Below, piece by piece: positions 47,109 through 54,299 of a stretch of 64,000 nucleotides of DNA. The position numbers and the translations under genes were made by a program. The stretch lies in the IMG/VR virus record IMGVR_UViG_3300029258_002403. One strand, written 5' to 3'. A model generated the notes under the pieces. The model did not search any database and was not told the origin of the DNA. It saw only the letters and a program-made list of their open reading frames with translations. Position 1 is the stretch's first letter; the number at the start of each line of letters is the position of its first letter. The DNA is from an uncultured virus (IMG/VR IMGVR_UViG_3300029258_002403). Lineage: Duplodnaviria > Heunggongvirae > Uroviricota > Caudoviricetes.

Positions 47109-47542
47109 GGGCCCTCCTTAGCGGCGTCGATCGCGCGGGTGAAGGCGTCCACCAGGCGGTCAGGGTCCACGCTGGTCCCCACCTCCGTGTTGATGGTGAT
47201 CCGGTGGATGCGCGGGTGGAGGAACCCCTCCAGTTCCGGGTCGGCGGCCAGGATGGCGGCGGCCGCGGCGCCGGGGGAGCACCGCCCTTCTCCCCCGCAC
47301 GTGGGGCACGTGCGCTGGTAGTGCCACGTCCCCTGGGGCATGTACCGCCGGGGTGTCCCGTCCTTGGACAGCCACGCGTCGGCGTCCTCCCGGGAGCATG
47401 ACTCCGTGCATTGCTCCCCCCTCCCGGCGCCGCACGTGGGGCACTCGTGGACCAGGGCGCGCTGGTGAGGGGAGAGCACGTCCCGGTTGGGGTGGTGACT
47501 CAAGTCGCACGTGGGGCACGTCACCAGGGCGGGGTCAGTCAT
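47105..47542 (-). CDS. Zinc-finger protein with tape-measure-like C-terminal fragment
   Basis: CPTC three times, AAAAAILAADPE, then IHRITI...DPDRLVDAFTRAID. Confidence 0.65.
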   Translation of the reverse strand: MTDPALVTCPTCDLSHHPNRDVLSPHQRALVHECPTCGAGRGEQCTESCSREDADAWLSKDGTPRRYMPQGTWHYQRTCPTCGGEGRCSPGAAAAAILAADPELEGFLHPRIHRITINTEVGTSVDPDRLVDAFTRAIDAAKEGP

Positions 47543-47774
47543 CGGTGGCGCACCTGCACTGGATGTGGAGGGGAGGGGTCCCGAAGGGAGACCCCACTGG
47601 CTCGTCGGCCGCCAGTAGGGCCGCGGCCACGTGATTGCGGTACGCGGCGGCGTCCTCCGGGGGAACTCGGCCGTACCCTGCGCACTCGTCGCACGGCAGG
47701 GGAGGGTCGTAGGTCCCGGGCTCGGCCCGCCCGCCGTGGCAGTGAGGGCAGGTGACCAGGGTGGAATCAGGCAT
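47535..47774 (-). CDS. Zinc-finger protein ending in a gpF-like PPLHxxCRC motif
   Basis: CPHCHG, CDECAGYG, AAALLAADE, PPLHIQCRC. Confidence 0.65.
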   Translation of the reverse strand: MPDSTLVTCPHCHGGRAEPGTYDPPLPCDECAGYGRVPPEDAAAYRNHVAAALLAADEPVGSPFGTPPLHIQCRCATDD

Positions 47775-48117
47775 CGTCTTCCTCCATGAGGCGGCGGTAC
47801 ATCTCCGGGTGGATGGCCACCGTCGCGGGAACCGGGACCGGTTTGGCGTTTCGAAGGATCTCCGCGGCCCGGCGGACATCGGCGGCGGTGAGGGCCCCGG
47901 GGGTGGGGTCGTCTTCCAGGATCAGGGCCGCGGCGGCCTTGTCGGGGGTGGTGTGGCCGGCGCCGTCGCACACAGGGCACAGACCCGTCCCGTGGCACGC
48001 AGGGCACTCCACCCACCCGCTGCTGCTCACGGCCTGCTTGCCCGTGCCGTCGCACGCCCTGCACCGCACGGTCTCCCCGTGGCACAGAGGGCACGGGACT
48101 TGGCGTTCTCCGTCCAC
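47767..48117 (-). CDS. Zinc-finger protein with capsid-like C-terminal fragment
   Basis: Four CxxCxG, AAAALILEDD, then ALTAADVRRAAEILRNAKPVP..VAIHP. Confidence 0.65.
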   Translation of the reverse strand: MDGERQVPCPLCHGETVRCRACDGTGKQAVSSSGWVECPACHGTGLCPVCDGAGHTTPDKAAAALILEDDPTPGALTAADVRRAAEILRNAKPVPVPATVAIHPEMYRRLMEEDDA

Positions 48118-48148
48118 GTCCCAACCTAGCGCGGCGGGACCGCGGTCG

Positions 48149-48610
48149 TCACGGGGGGATCGTGGCGGGGATGTAGATGTCGGTGACCTGCCGGGGCGGC
48201 CCCGTGAGCTTGCGGAACGTGCCCCGGAGGCGGCGGTTGGCGTCGTTGTCGGGGTTGGTCCCGATGGGGCCGCTCGCGCCCAGGGTGTCCGGGACCGGAA
48301 CGTCCGCCAGGGTGCGTGCCTGGATCGTCTCCACGGGGACCCGGCGCAGAGCGTCCTGGGCGGTCATCTTCTCCACGTCCTCCCCCCGAAGGCCCTGCTC
48401 GCGATAGAACCGCTCGATGTCGATCGCCTCCTGGTCGTTCACCTCCGCCCCCAAGGCGCCGGTGACCCGGGTGATGGGGATGGTGAGCGCGCCGACCCAC
48501 GTGGGCGGGGTGGGGTCCACCGACACGTCCATGGCCTTGCCGGCCGGGCCGTCGAAGTACCACTGCACGGTGCGGGTGCGGATCTCGGATAGCGAGACAA
48601 CGGCGGCCAT
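48149..48610 (-). CDS. Hypothetical protein
   Basis: 153 aa; TGG-TAGAAT 9 nt upstream of ATG. Confidence 0.6.
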   Translation of the reverse strand: MAAVVSLSEIRTRTVQWYFDGPAGKAMDVSVDPTPPTWVGALTIPITRVTGALGAEVNDQEAIDIERFYREQGLRGEDVEKMTAQDALRRVPVETIQARTLADVPVPDTLGASGPIGTNPDNDANRRLRGTFRKLTGPPRQVTDIYIPATIPP

Positions 48611-48634
48611 AGGCCGCCGATTCTACCACGGGAG

Positions 48635-48937
48635 TCACCCGTTGAGGAGGGCCCTGGCCCCAACGTCCCGGGGGACCGTCTTGGCCCCCTGGCACAGTGA
48701 GCACGGGACGTTGCCCCTCCCCCCGCAGTTGGGGCAGTCGTGGGACCCCTTGGGGTCCTCCCCGTCCCCCTGGCACTCCCTGCACACCTCCGTGCCGAAG
48801 GCGTAGTCCTTGGCACCCCCGCAGTCCTGGCAGGGGACCATCACCCGACGACCCCCCTCCAGGGTGGGGTGCTGTCCATGCTCGTCGCAGCGGTGGCAGC
48901 GTCCCCAGCAGGCCGGACAGGGGACCCGGTCAGTCAT
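48635..48937 (-). CDS. Multi-CxxCxGxG zinc-finger protein
   Basis: Six CxxC pairs; ends GARALLNG. Confidence 0.65.
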   Translation of the reverse strand: MTDRVPCPACWGRCHRCDEHGQHPTLEGGRRVMVPCQDCGGAKDYAFGTEVCRECQGDGEDPKGSHDCPNCGGRGNVPCSLCQGAKTVPRDVGARALLNG

Positions 48938-49298
48938 GGTCCCCTTGTCGGGCCGTCCACACCGGCAGGCCGGTGCGCAGGGCCTCCTGGCGTGCCTGGG
49001 ACACGACCCGGAGCCTCCCATCCCAGTCCGCCCCCGGGGGGTCGTCCTGGTCCATGAGCCACTGGGCGGCCTGGGCCCTGGTGACGGTCCCTTCCCCGTG
49101 GAGTTCTCCGCACAGGTCACACGCGGCGAACCCTGTGCCGCCGCAGGCGCCACACCACCCCTGGCTGTCCTCCGGGTCCCCGAACCCGGACCCGTCGCAG
49201 TAGGGGCAGGTGGCGCTTTGGGCCACGTCGGCGCAGGCGGGGCACTGGATGGCCTCCTGGGCGGCAAGCACGTCGGCCGCGGTAGTGTCGTCGGTCAT
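48930..49298 (-). CDS. Zinc-finger protein with DnaB-like C-terminal motif
   Basis: Four CxxC, QAAQWLMDQDD, then QEALRTGLPVWTARQ. Confidence 0.65.
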   Translation of the reverse strand: MTDDTTAADVLAAQEAIQCPACADVAQSATCPYCDGSGFGDPEDSQGWCGACGGTGFAACDLCGELHGEGTVTRAQAAQWLMDQDDPPGADWDGRLRVVSQARQEALRTGLPVWTARQGDHD

Positions 49299-49330
49299 AC
49301 CCCCCCTCTATCGCCGCGCGCCCAAGGCGT

Positions 49331-49370
49331 AAAGAAACCCGCCGACCTACCAGGGGGCGGGTCGGCGGGT
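49331..49370 (-). terminator. Intrinsic terminator
   Basis: cccgccgacc...ggtcggcggg inverted repeat followed by TTTCTTT on the minus strand. Confidence 0.65.
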
Positions 49371-49392
49371 GGCCGGGGGGCGGGGTGGCGGC

Positions 49393-50304
49393 CTAGTCCT
49401 CGTGGGCCAGGAGGAGGGCGTTGGCGCAGTCCATGTCGTACCGGGCGGCGAAGCGGACCAACTGGGACCCACGGGGGACCCGGTAGGTGAGTTCCACGAA
49501 CGTGGACCCGCACCCGTCGTCCACCTTCTTGCGGTCGGTGACCCGGATGAACCCCCGGTTCTCCAGGGCTCGGATGGCGCCGCTCTGGGCCCGGGTGACC
49601 CCCTCGATCCGGCCGCGGCGGAACTGGCGGGTGGACGACGGTGCCCGAAGGACCCCCCGGCCCATGGCGATCAGCATCTCCCGCGCGGCGGCGTTGAGCT
49701 TGGACCACACCGCCTCGGGGTCCACCCCCTGGGGGATCGACCCGATGGGCTTGTGCATGATGCGGAGGCACCACGCCATCTGCTCGGCGCGGGGGGACAT
49801 GCCGTACAGGTACACCCGGCTGCCGTTGTAGTCCCCCGTGGTGGACTTGTAGTGCTCATACGTGGCCGTCACCGAGCCGCGGAGGAGGCCGTCGTCCAGG
49901 AGGGACTTGTACCCGTGGATCAGCGCCGACCCCTCGCCCTGGTACTTGCCCCGGCTGTTGACCTGGCACTGCCAGTAATCGGGGGCGTACCCCATGGGGG
50001 ACTCCTCGTTACGGTAGCGCCACCCCTGGACCTTGGACAACGCGTCCACGAGGGCCTTGCGGCGGCCCTTGGACAACTTGAAGGCGGCAGTGGCCGCCGC
50101 CTCCCAGGAGTCAAACCCGTCGTCGGTGTCCGCGAGCCAGGCAAGGCCCTCGTTCTGGGCGGCATCACCCCACTCCGCGCGGACTTGGTCGGCGTTGAGG
50201 AACCCGCGCGCGATCACGAACCCGCAGTCCCCAAGGGGTGGGAGGTCGGCGGCTGACCGGCCATCGAGGAAGGTGAGTGTGGTGGTGGTGGTGGTGGTGG
50301 TCAT
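49393..50304 (-). CDS. Hypothetical protein, poly-Thr N-terminus, C-terminal wHTH-like region
   Basis: MTTTTTTTT; 'QSGAIRALENRGFIRV'. Confidence 0.65.
   Translation of the reverse strand: MTTTTTTTTLTFLDGRSAADLPPLGDCGFVIARGFLNADQVRAEWGDAAQNEGLAWLADTDDGFDSWEAAATAAFKLSKGRRKALVDALSKVQGWRYRNEESPMGYAPDYWQCQVNSRGKYQGEGSALIHGYKSLLDDGLLRGSVTATYEHYKSTTGDYNGSRVYLYGMSPRAEQMAWCLRIMHKPIGSIPQGVDPEAVWSKLNAAAREMLIAMGRGVLRAPSSTRQFRRGRIEGVTRAQSGAIRALENRGFIRVTDRKKVDDGCGSTFVELTYRVPRGSQLVRFAARYDMDCANALLLAHED
50281..50301. repeat. (GGT)7 / (ACC)7 trinucleotide repeat after the start codon
   Basis: Read directly. Confidence 0.85.
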
Positions 50305-50355
50305 CGGTCTGTCCTGTCGTTCTTGCGTGGTGTGGTGGTGGGTGTGGTGGGTGGA

Positions 50356-50652
50356 CTACTTCTCGCCGGTGGCCAGGTACCGGCACGCGGCGGCGGGGTT
50401 GTCGAAGGACGCGGACGTGCCCATGCCGGACCCCATGGGGCCGGTGTACCGGTACACGTGCCAGGTTCCCCCCGTGCAGGACATCTTGCCCAGGGGACGC
50501 AGGCCGTCCCGCTCGCTCACGTCCCAGCAGGGGGAGGTGGGGGAACCGGGAAGGCGGCGGACACGGTCAGCGGTGGAGCCGTGAGCGCGGAGGAGGGACT
50601 TGAGGGTGGTACCGGTGGGCATGGTGGTGGTGGTGGTGGTGGTGGTGGTCAT
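50356..50652 (-). CDS. Hypothetical protein, poly-Thr N-terminus
   Basis: AGGAG RBS; MTTTTTTTTTM. Confidence 0.6.
   Translation of the reverse strand: MTTTTTTTTTMPTGTTLKSLLRAHGSTADRVRRLPGSPTSPCWDVSERDGLRPLGKMSCTGGTWHVYRYTGPMGSGMGTSASFDNPAAACRYLATGEK
50623..50649. repeat. (GGT)9 / (ACC)9 trinucleotide repeat after the start codon
   Basis: Read directly. Confidence 0.85.
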
Positions 50653-50725
50653 GGGTCTGTCTCCTGCGGGGGTGTCTCCCCCCGTCCCCATGGTGACCCG
50701 GCGGTCCTGGCACGTCTATCTATTT

Positions 50726-50740
50726 GGTGAAAATAACCGA
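50726..50740 (-). promoter_or_regulatory. Conserved 15-bp upstream element, copy 1
   Basis: ggtgaaaataaccga; 13/15 identical to 52166..52180. Confidence 0.45.
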
Positions 50741-50921
50741 TTCTGTGGCCAACCCCTGCGCCGACCTGCGCCCCCGCGCGCCGGGCCCCGGGTGGGGGTC
50801 CCACCTTCCCCTTCCGACCAGGGCAGGGCCCCGCACGCCACGATGGGGGGTCTGCGTGGTCGTTGGCTAGGTGCTGGCGAGCCCACCCCCAGGACTCCCG
50901 GAACTTGTGAGGGTGAGCACA

Positions 50922-50951
50922 GAAAAGCCCCCCGGGGGTGACCCGGGGGGC
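50922..50951 (-). terminator. Intrinsic terminator
   Basis: gccccccggg-ggtga-cccggggggc followed by TTTTCT on the minus strand. Confidence 0.7.
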
Positions 50952-50980
50952 AGGGGTGTGACCGTGTAGGTCAGGAGGCT

Positions 50981-52090
50981 CTAGTTGGCGCCAAGTCGGG
51001 CGTCCAGCTCGGCCACCACGGCGGGGTCCGGGGTGAACCCCTCCGGGAGCCGGGCGAGCCGCTTGCGGAGGTAGGACGTGGAGCACTCGATCGCGGCGGC
51101 CACCTGCTCCTTGTCCTTGCCGGCGTCCAGTTGGGACTTGGCCCACCCGAACAGATCGTCGGGCTTGCCCCGCTTGCGTCCGTCACCGTTGGACTTGGAC
51201 CGCTTGGTGCGGCTGGTGGCGATCCGGTCGGCCATGGCGCCGAGCAGGGTGCCGATCTCCGCGAGCAGGGGGTCGTTGGCGGCGGCGATCTTCTCCTGGA
51301 CCGCGGCGGCGGCGGCAACCAGGGGGTCCACGTCGGTGCCCTTGGGCGGCGGCGGGATCTTGAACCCCTCCTGGGGACCATCCCCTTCCCGGACCACCAC
51401 GGGGGCCGTGGGGGCCTTCCCCTTCTTCTTGGGGGCCTTGGGCCGCGGCGCGGGGGTGGGGTCCACCTCCGGGGCGGGGGTGGGGGCACCAGCGGCGGCC
51501 GGGGTCACGAGCCACACGTCGTCCGTTCCCACCTTCTCGATGGCCTTGGCGGCGCGGCCCTCCACCAACTCGGCGTGGAGGACCGACCCCTCGTCCGCGG
51601 CGGCGGCGGTGACCCGGTATCGGGCCTTGGCGCGGCGGCCCGTTTTGATCACGTCCCCCACCACCAACTGCACGGCGGCGTACTTCCCCGCGGGGCGGTC
51701 ATCCGCGGCAGGAGTGTCGTCAGCGTCCGGGGTGGGCTCCGGCGCGGGGGTGTCGTCGGCGGGGGGCGTCACCTGGCCCACGGGGTTGATCGTGAGGAGG
51801 TCGGCGTCGGCGTTGGGGCCGTGGCGGTCCATCCACGCGTCGATCGCCCCGTCCGGGTCGCCGTCCCACTGGGCGGGGAGGCTCCAGGACCCCTCCGACA
51901 TCACGGCGCCGGCCCGGAGCAGGCACGTCTCGGCGGCGGCGCGGCCCTCCGGGGTCTCGCCCAGTTCGAAGAAGATCGCCACGTCGTTGGCCGTCACGGC
52001 GTACTCCTCGGCCACGTACTCGATCAGGAGGCGAGCGGAGGGTCCGGTGAGGGTGGGGAGGGCGGGGGTGGTGTTGGTGTTCTCGGTCAT
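50981..52090 (-). CDS. Multidomain protein with C-terminal HTH
   Basis: ATG 52090 with AAGGA RBS; 'KEQVAAAIECSTSYLRKRL'. Confidence 0.65.
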   Translation of the reverse strand: MTENTNTTPALPTLTGPSARLLIEYVAEEYAVTANDVAIFFELGETPEGRAAAETCLLRAGAVMSEGSWSLPAQWDGDPDGAIDAWMDRHGPNADADLLTINPVGQVTPPADDTPAPEPTPDADDTPAADDRPAGKYAAVQLVVGDVIKTGRRAKARYRVTAAAADEGSVLHAELVEGRAAKAIEKVGTDDVWLVTPAAAGAPTPAPEVDPTPAPRPKAPKKKGKAPTAPVVVREGDGPQEGFKIPPPPKGTDVDPLVAAAAAVQEKIAAANDPLLAEIGTLLGAMADRIATSRTKRSKSNGDGRKRGKPDDLFGWAKSQLDAGKDKEQVAAAIECSTSYLRKRLARLPEGFTPDPAVVAELDARLGAN

Positions 52091-52165
52091 CGTTCTGTCC
52101 TTGTCTCCCGGGGTCCTCCCCCGGGGTTCCAAGTATCCCCTAGCGCCGCCGCCCGACAAGAAACC

Positions 52166-52180
52166 GGTGAAATCAACCGA
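52166..52180 (-). promoter_or_regulatory. Conserved 15-bp upstream element, copy 2
   Basis: ggtgaaatcaaccga upstream of TTGTCG..GATACT on the minus strand. Confidence 0.45.
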
Positions 52181-52317
52181 ACACCGGGGCCGCCCGTCCA
52201 GGCGCCCCCAGGGGGTGCGGGGTGGGACCGGGGCCGACCCCCTCCACCACCATGAGGTGCGCAAAACGCGCACTTTTGTGGGTGTCCCGCGGACACCACG
52301 GCGCGCCGCAGCGGACC

Positions 52318-52890
52318 TCACCCGCGCGGGTGAGCGAGCGCCAGGAACTCGGCCCGCACCTTGGGGTCGTCGCGGAACTTGCCCAGGAGGGCCGAGGACA
52401 CCATGGCCACGTCGGTCTTGTGGACCCCGCGGGTGGTCATGCACTGGTGCTGCGCGCGGATCACCACACCCACGCCCAGGGGGTTGAGCGCCTCCTGGAT
52501 CGTGTCCGCGATCTGACGGGTGAGCTTCTCCTGGATCTGGAGGCGCTTGGCGAACGCGTCCACCACCCGCGCCAGCTTGGAGATCCCCACCACCCGGTCG
52601 CGCGGCAGGTAGGCCACCGTGGCGGTGCCGATGATCGGCACGATGTGATGCTCGCAGTAGGACTCCAGGCGGATGTCCGTGAGCACCACCATCTCGTCGT
52701 AGCTCTCGGTCTCCTCAAAGGTCTTGGCCAGCATGGCGGCCGGATCGGCGTCGTACCCCCCGAAGAACTCCTCGTAGGACCGAACCACGCGATCTGGCGT
52801 CCCGACAAGTCCCTCCCGGTCGGGGTCGTCCCCCGCCCAGCGGATCAGAGTGCGGACTGCGGCTTCGGCTTCTTGGCGGCTGGGCTTCAT
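52318..52890 (-). CDS. folE: GTP cyclohydrolase I
   Basis: '[11 protein letters not shown]', 'SYCEHHIVP', 'GISKLARVV', 'RLQIQEKLT', 'HQCMTTRGV'. Confidence 0.95.
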   Translation of the reverse strand: MKPSRQEAEAAVRTLIRWAGDDPDREGLVGTPDRVVRSYEEFFGGYDADPAAMLAKTFEETESYDEMVVLTDIRLESYCEHHIVPIIGTATVAYLPRDRVVGISKLARVVDAFAKRLQIQEKLTRQIADTIQEALNPLGVGVVIRAQHQCMTTRGVHKTDVAMVSSALLGKFRDDPKVRAEFLALAHPRG

Positions 52891-53576
52891 GGAACTCCGG
52901 TGATCTTGTGGGTCTGGAGGGACAGGCGCCACTCCGGGAAGGCTTGGCAGTACGCCGCGGCGCGGCGGATGTTGTCCACGTTGAGGACGGAGACCCCCAC
53001 GGCGTGGGGGACGGCCTCCGGGCTCACGAACAGGTGGTCGAACCCCGCGGTGATCTCCGCGTACTCCTGGGGGTTGTAGCTGGGGACCACCACCTTCAAC
53101 TCCGTGCCGCGGCGGATCACGATCCGGTCGGGGGGAGTCTTGGGGCTCACGCACACGTGGTCCACACCCTCCCGCACCCCGTGGGGGACCTTGGGGGCCA
53201 CGGTGCCGTTGGTCTCCACCGCCAGGATGGCGTCGGGGTACGCGCCCCGGAGGGCTTGGATCAGCTCGCGGTCGATCTGGAGGAACGGCTCGCCCCCGGT
53301 GATCACGATCAACGGCGGAGGGTCCATGCCTGCGTCCTGGGCCGCCAGGACCACCCGGTCGGCCACCTCCGCGGCGGTGAGGGTGTCACCCCCCACAAAG
53401 TCCGTGTCGCAGAACACTGGGCACTTGGCCCCGTTGCGCTCCGCATCTCTGGCGCGGTCCTTGTCCAGGCCATTCCACAAGTTGCACCCCGCGAACCGAA
53501 GGAACACCGACGCGCGGCCGGCGTGGAGGCCTTCCCCCTGGAGAGTGGCGAACACCTCCTTGACCCGGTAGGTCAC
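52887..53576 (-). CDS. queE: 7-carboxy-7-deazaguanine synthase (radical SAM)
   Basis: '[10 protein letters not shown]', 'FLRFAGCNL...CDTDF', 'ITGGEP', 'ETNGT', 'SLQTHK'. Confidence 0.93.
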   Translation of the reverse strand: MTYRVKEVFATLQGEGLHAGRASVFLRFAGCNLWNGLDKDRARDAERNGAKCPVFCDTDFVGGDTLTAAEVADRVVLAAQDAGMDPPPLIVITGGEPFLQIDRELIQALRGAYPDAILAVETNGTVAPKVPHGVREGVDHVCVSPKTPPDRIVIRRGTELKVVVPSYNPQEYAEITAGFDHLFVSPEAVPHAVGVSVLNVDNIRRAAAYCQAFPEWRLSLQTHKITGVP

Positions 53577-53809
53577 GCGCCCCCCTTGGTCACCTTGGCG
53601 CCGATGATCACCAGGGTGTCCTCGCCGTCCCGGTCGAACGTGTCGTCGGGGTCGTTGTCGATCCACTGGTCCAGGGCGTCCCACTGATCTGCGGGAAGGG
53701 ACAGGTGGTAGTACCCGTCGTCCGCAGGGGTCACCTTGCGGCTCCGCAGACCCGCGACTTGGCGCCGGATCTCGCGGAAGCCGTTGGCCGCAGGGGACTC
53801 GTTCTCCAT
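53573..53809 (-). CDS. Small protein containing a major-capsid-like fragment
   Basis: REIRRQVAGLRSRKVTPADDGYYHLSL is 13/27 identical to the capsid protein. Confidence 0.65.
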   Translation of the reverse strand: MENESPAANGFREIRRQVAGLRSRKVTPADDGYYHLSLPADQWDALDQWIDNDPDDTFDRDGEDTLVIIGAKVTKGGA

Positions 53810-53810
53810 G

Positions 53811-54278
53811 TCATGCACTCCCATCCAGGTACTCCTTGGGCGCCCGGAACTGGGCGCTGTTGGTGCCGTGCTCGCGGCACTCCACCATGGCGATCTTGAC
53901 GCGGGGGTAAGCGCCGTTCTTGCGGAGCCACTGGTCCACGTGGCGCCACACGTACTCCGCGAACGCCTCACACCCTACCGCCGGAAGGACAGACAGGTCC
54001 ACCACCCCCTCGGGGAGGCCGCGGATCGCCGCCAAGGCGGGGTCGTCGGCAGCCAGGACGAGCTTGTGGTCGAAGGTGTCCTCCAGCCACTTCTTGACCT
54101 CCTTGAGGGCGCCGAAGTCCATCACCCAGTTCTTGTCGTCCAGGGTGGCGCTGTGGAACTCCAGGTGGAACCCCAGCGCGTACCCGTGGATCAGGGAGCA
54201 GTGGGAGTGCGTGGCGCGCCACTGGCGGAACGCGCAACTCCACCCGGGGGTGTAGGTCTTGGTCGAGACGTAGGGCAT
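53811..54278 (-). CDS. queD: 6-carboxytetrahydropterin synthase
   Basis: 'HCSLIHGY', 'WVMDFGALKEVKKWLEDTFDHK', 'GCEAFA', 'EHGTNSA'. Confidence 0.9.
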   Translation of the reverse strand: MPYVSTKTYTPGWSCAFRQWRATHSHCSLIHGYALGFHLEFHSATLDDKNWVMDFGALKEVKKWLEDTFDHKLVLAADDPALAAIRGLPEGVVDLSVLPAVGCEAFAEYVWRHVDQWLRKNGAYPRVKIAMVECREHGTNSAQFRAPKEYLDGSA

Positions 54279-54299
54279 GGGGCTCCTGGCGCGGCGATC

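Noticed and set aside
35324..49298. Acidic/Gly C-terminal residues (EGD, EDD) as a signal by themselves
   Set aside because: Largely explained by the overlapping GGAGG and ATGA/TGATG coupling; only the preceding helix core is kept as a finding.
45859..49298. Zinc-finger genes as DnaJ chaperones or multiheme cytochromes
   Set aside because: No J-domain HPD; the occasional CxxCH is followed by G within CxxCxG knuckles and there are no signal peptides.
52256..52278. gtgcgc-aaaac-gcgcac hairpin plus TTTT
   Set aside because: The T-run is on the plus strand, where no gene ends; it may be an operator but this is unsupported.
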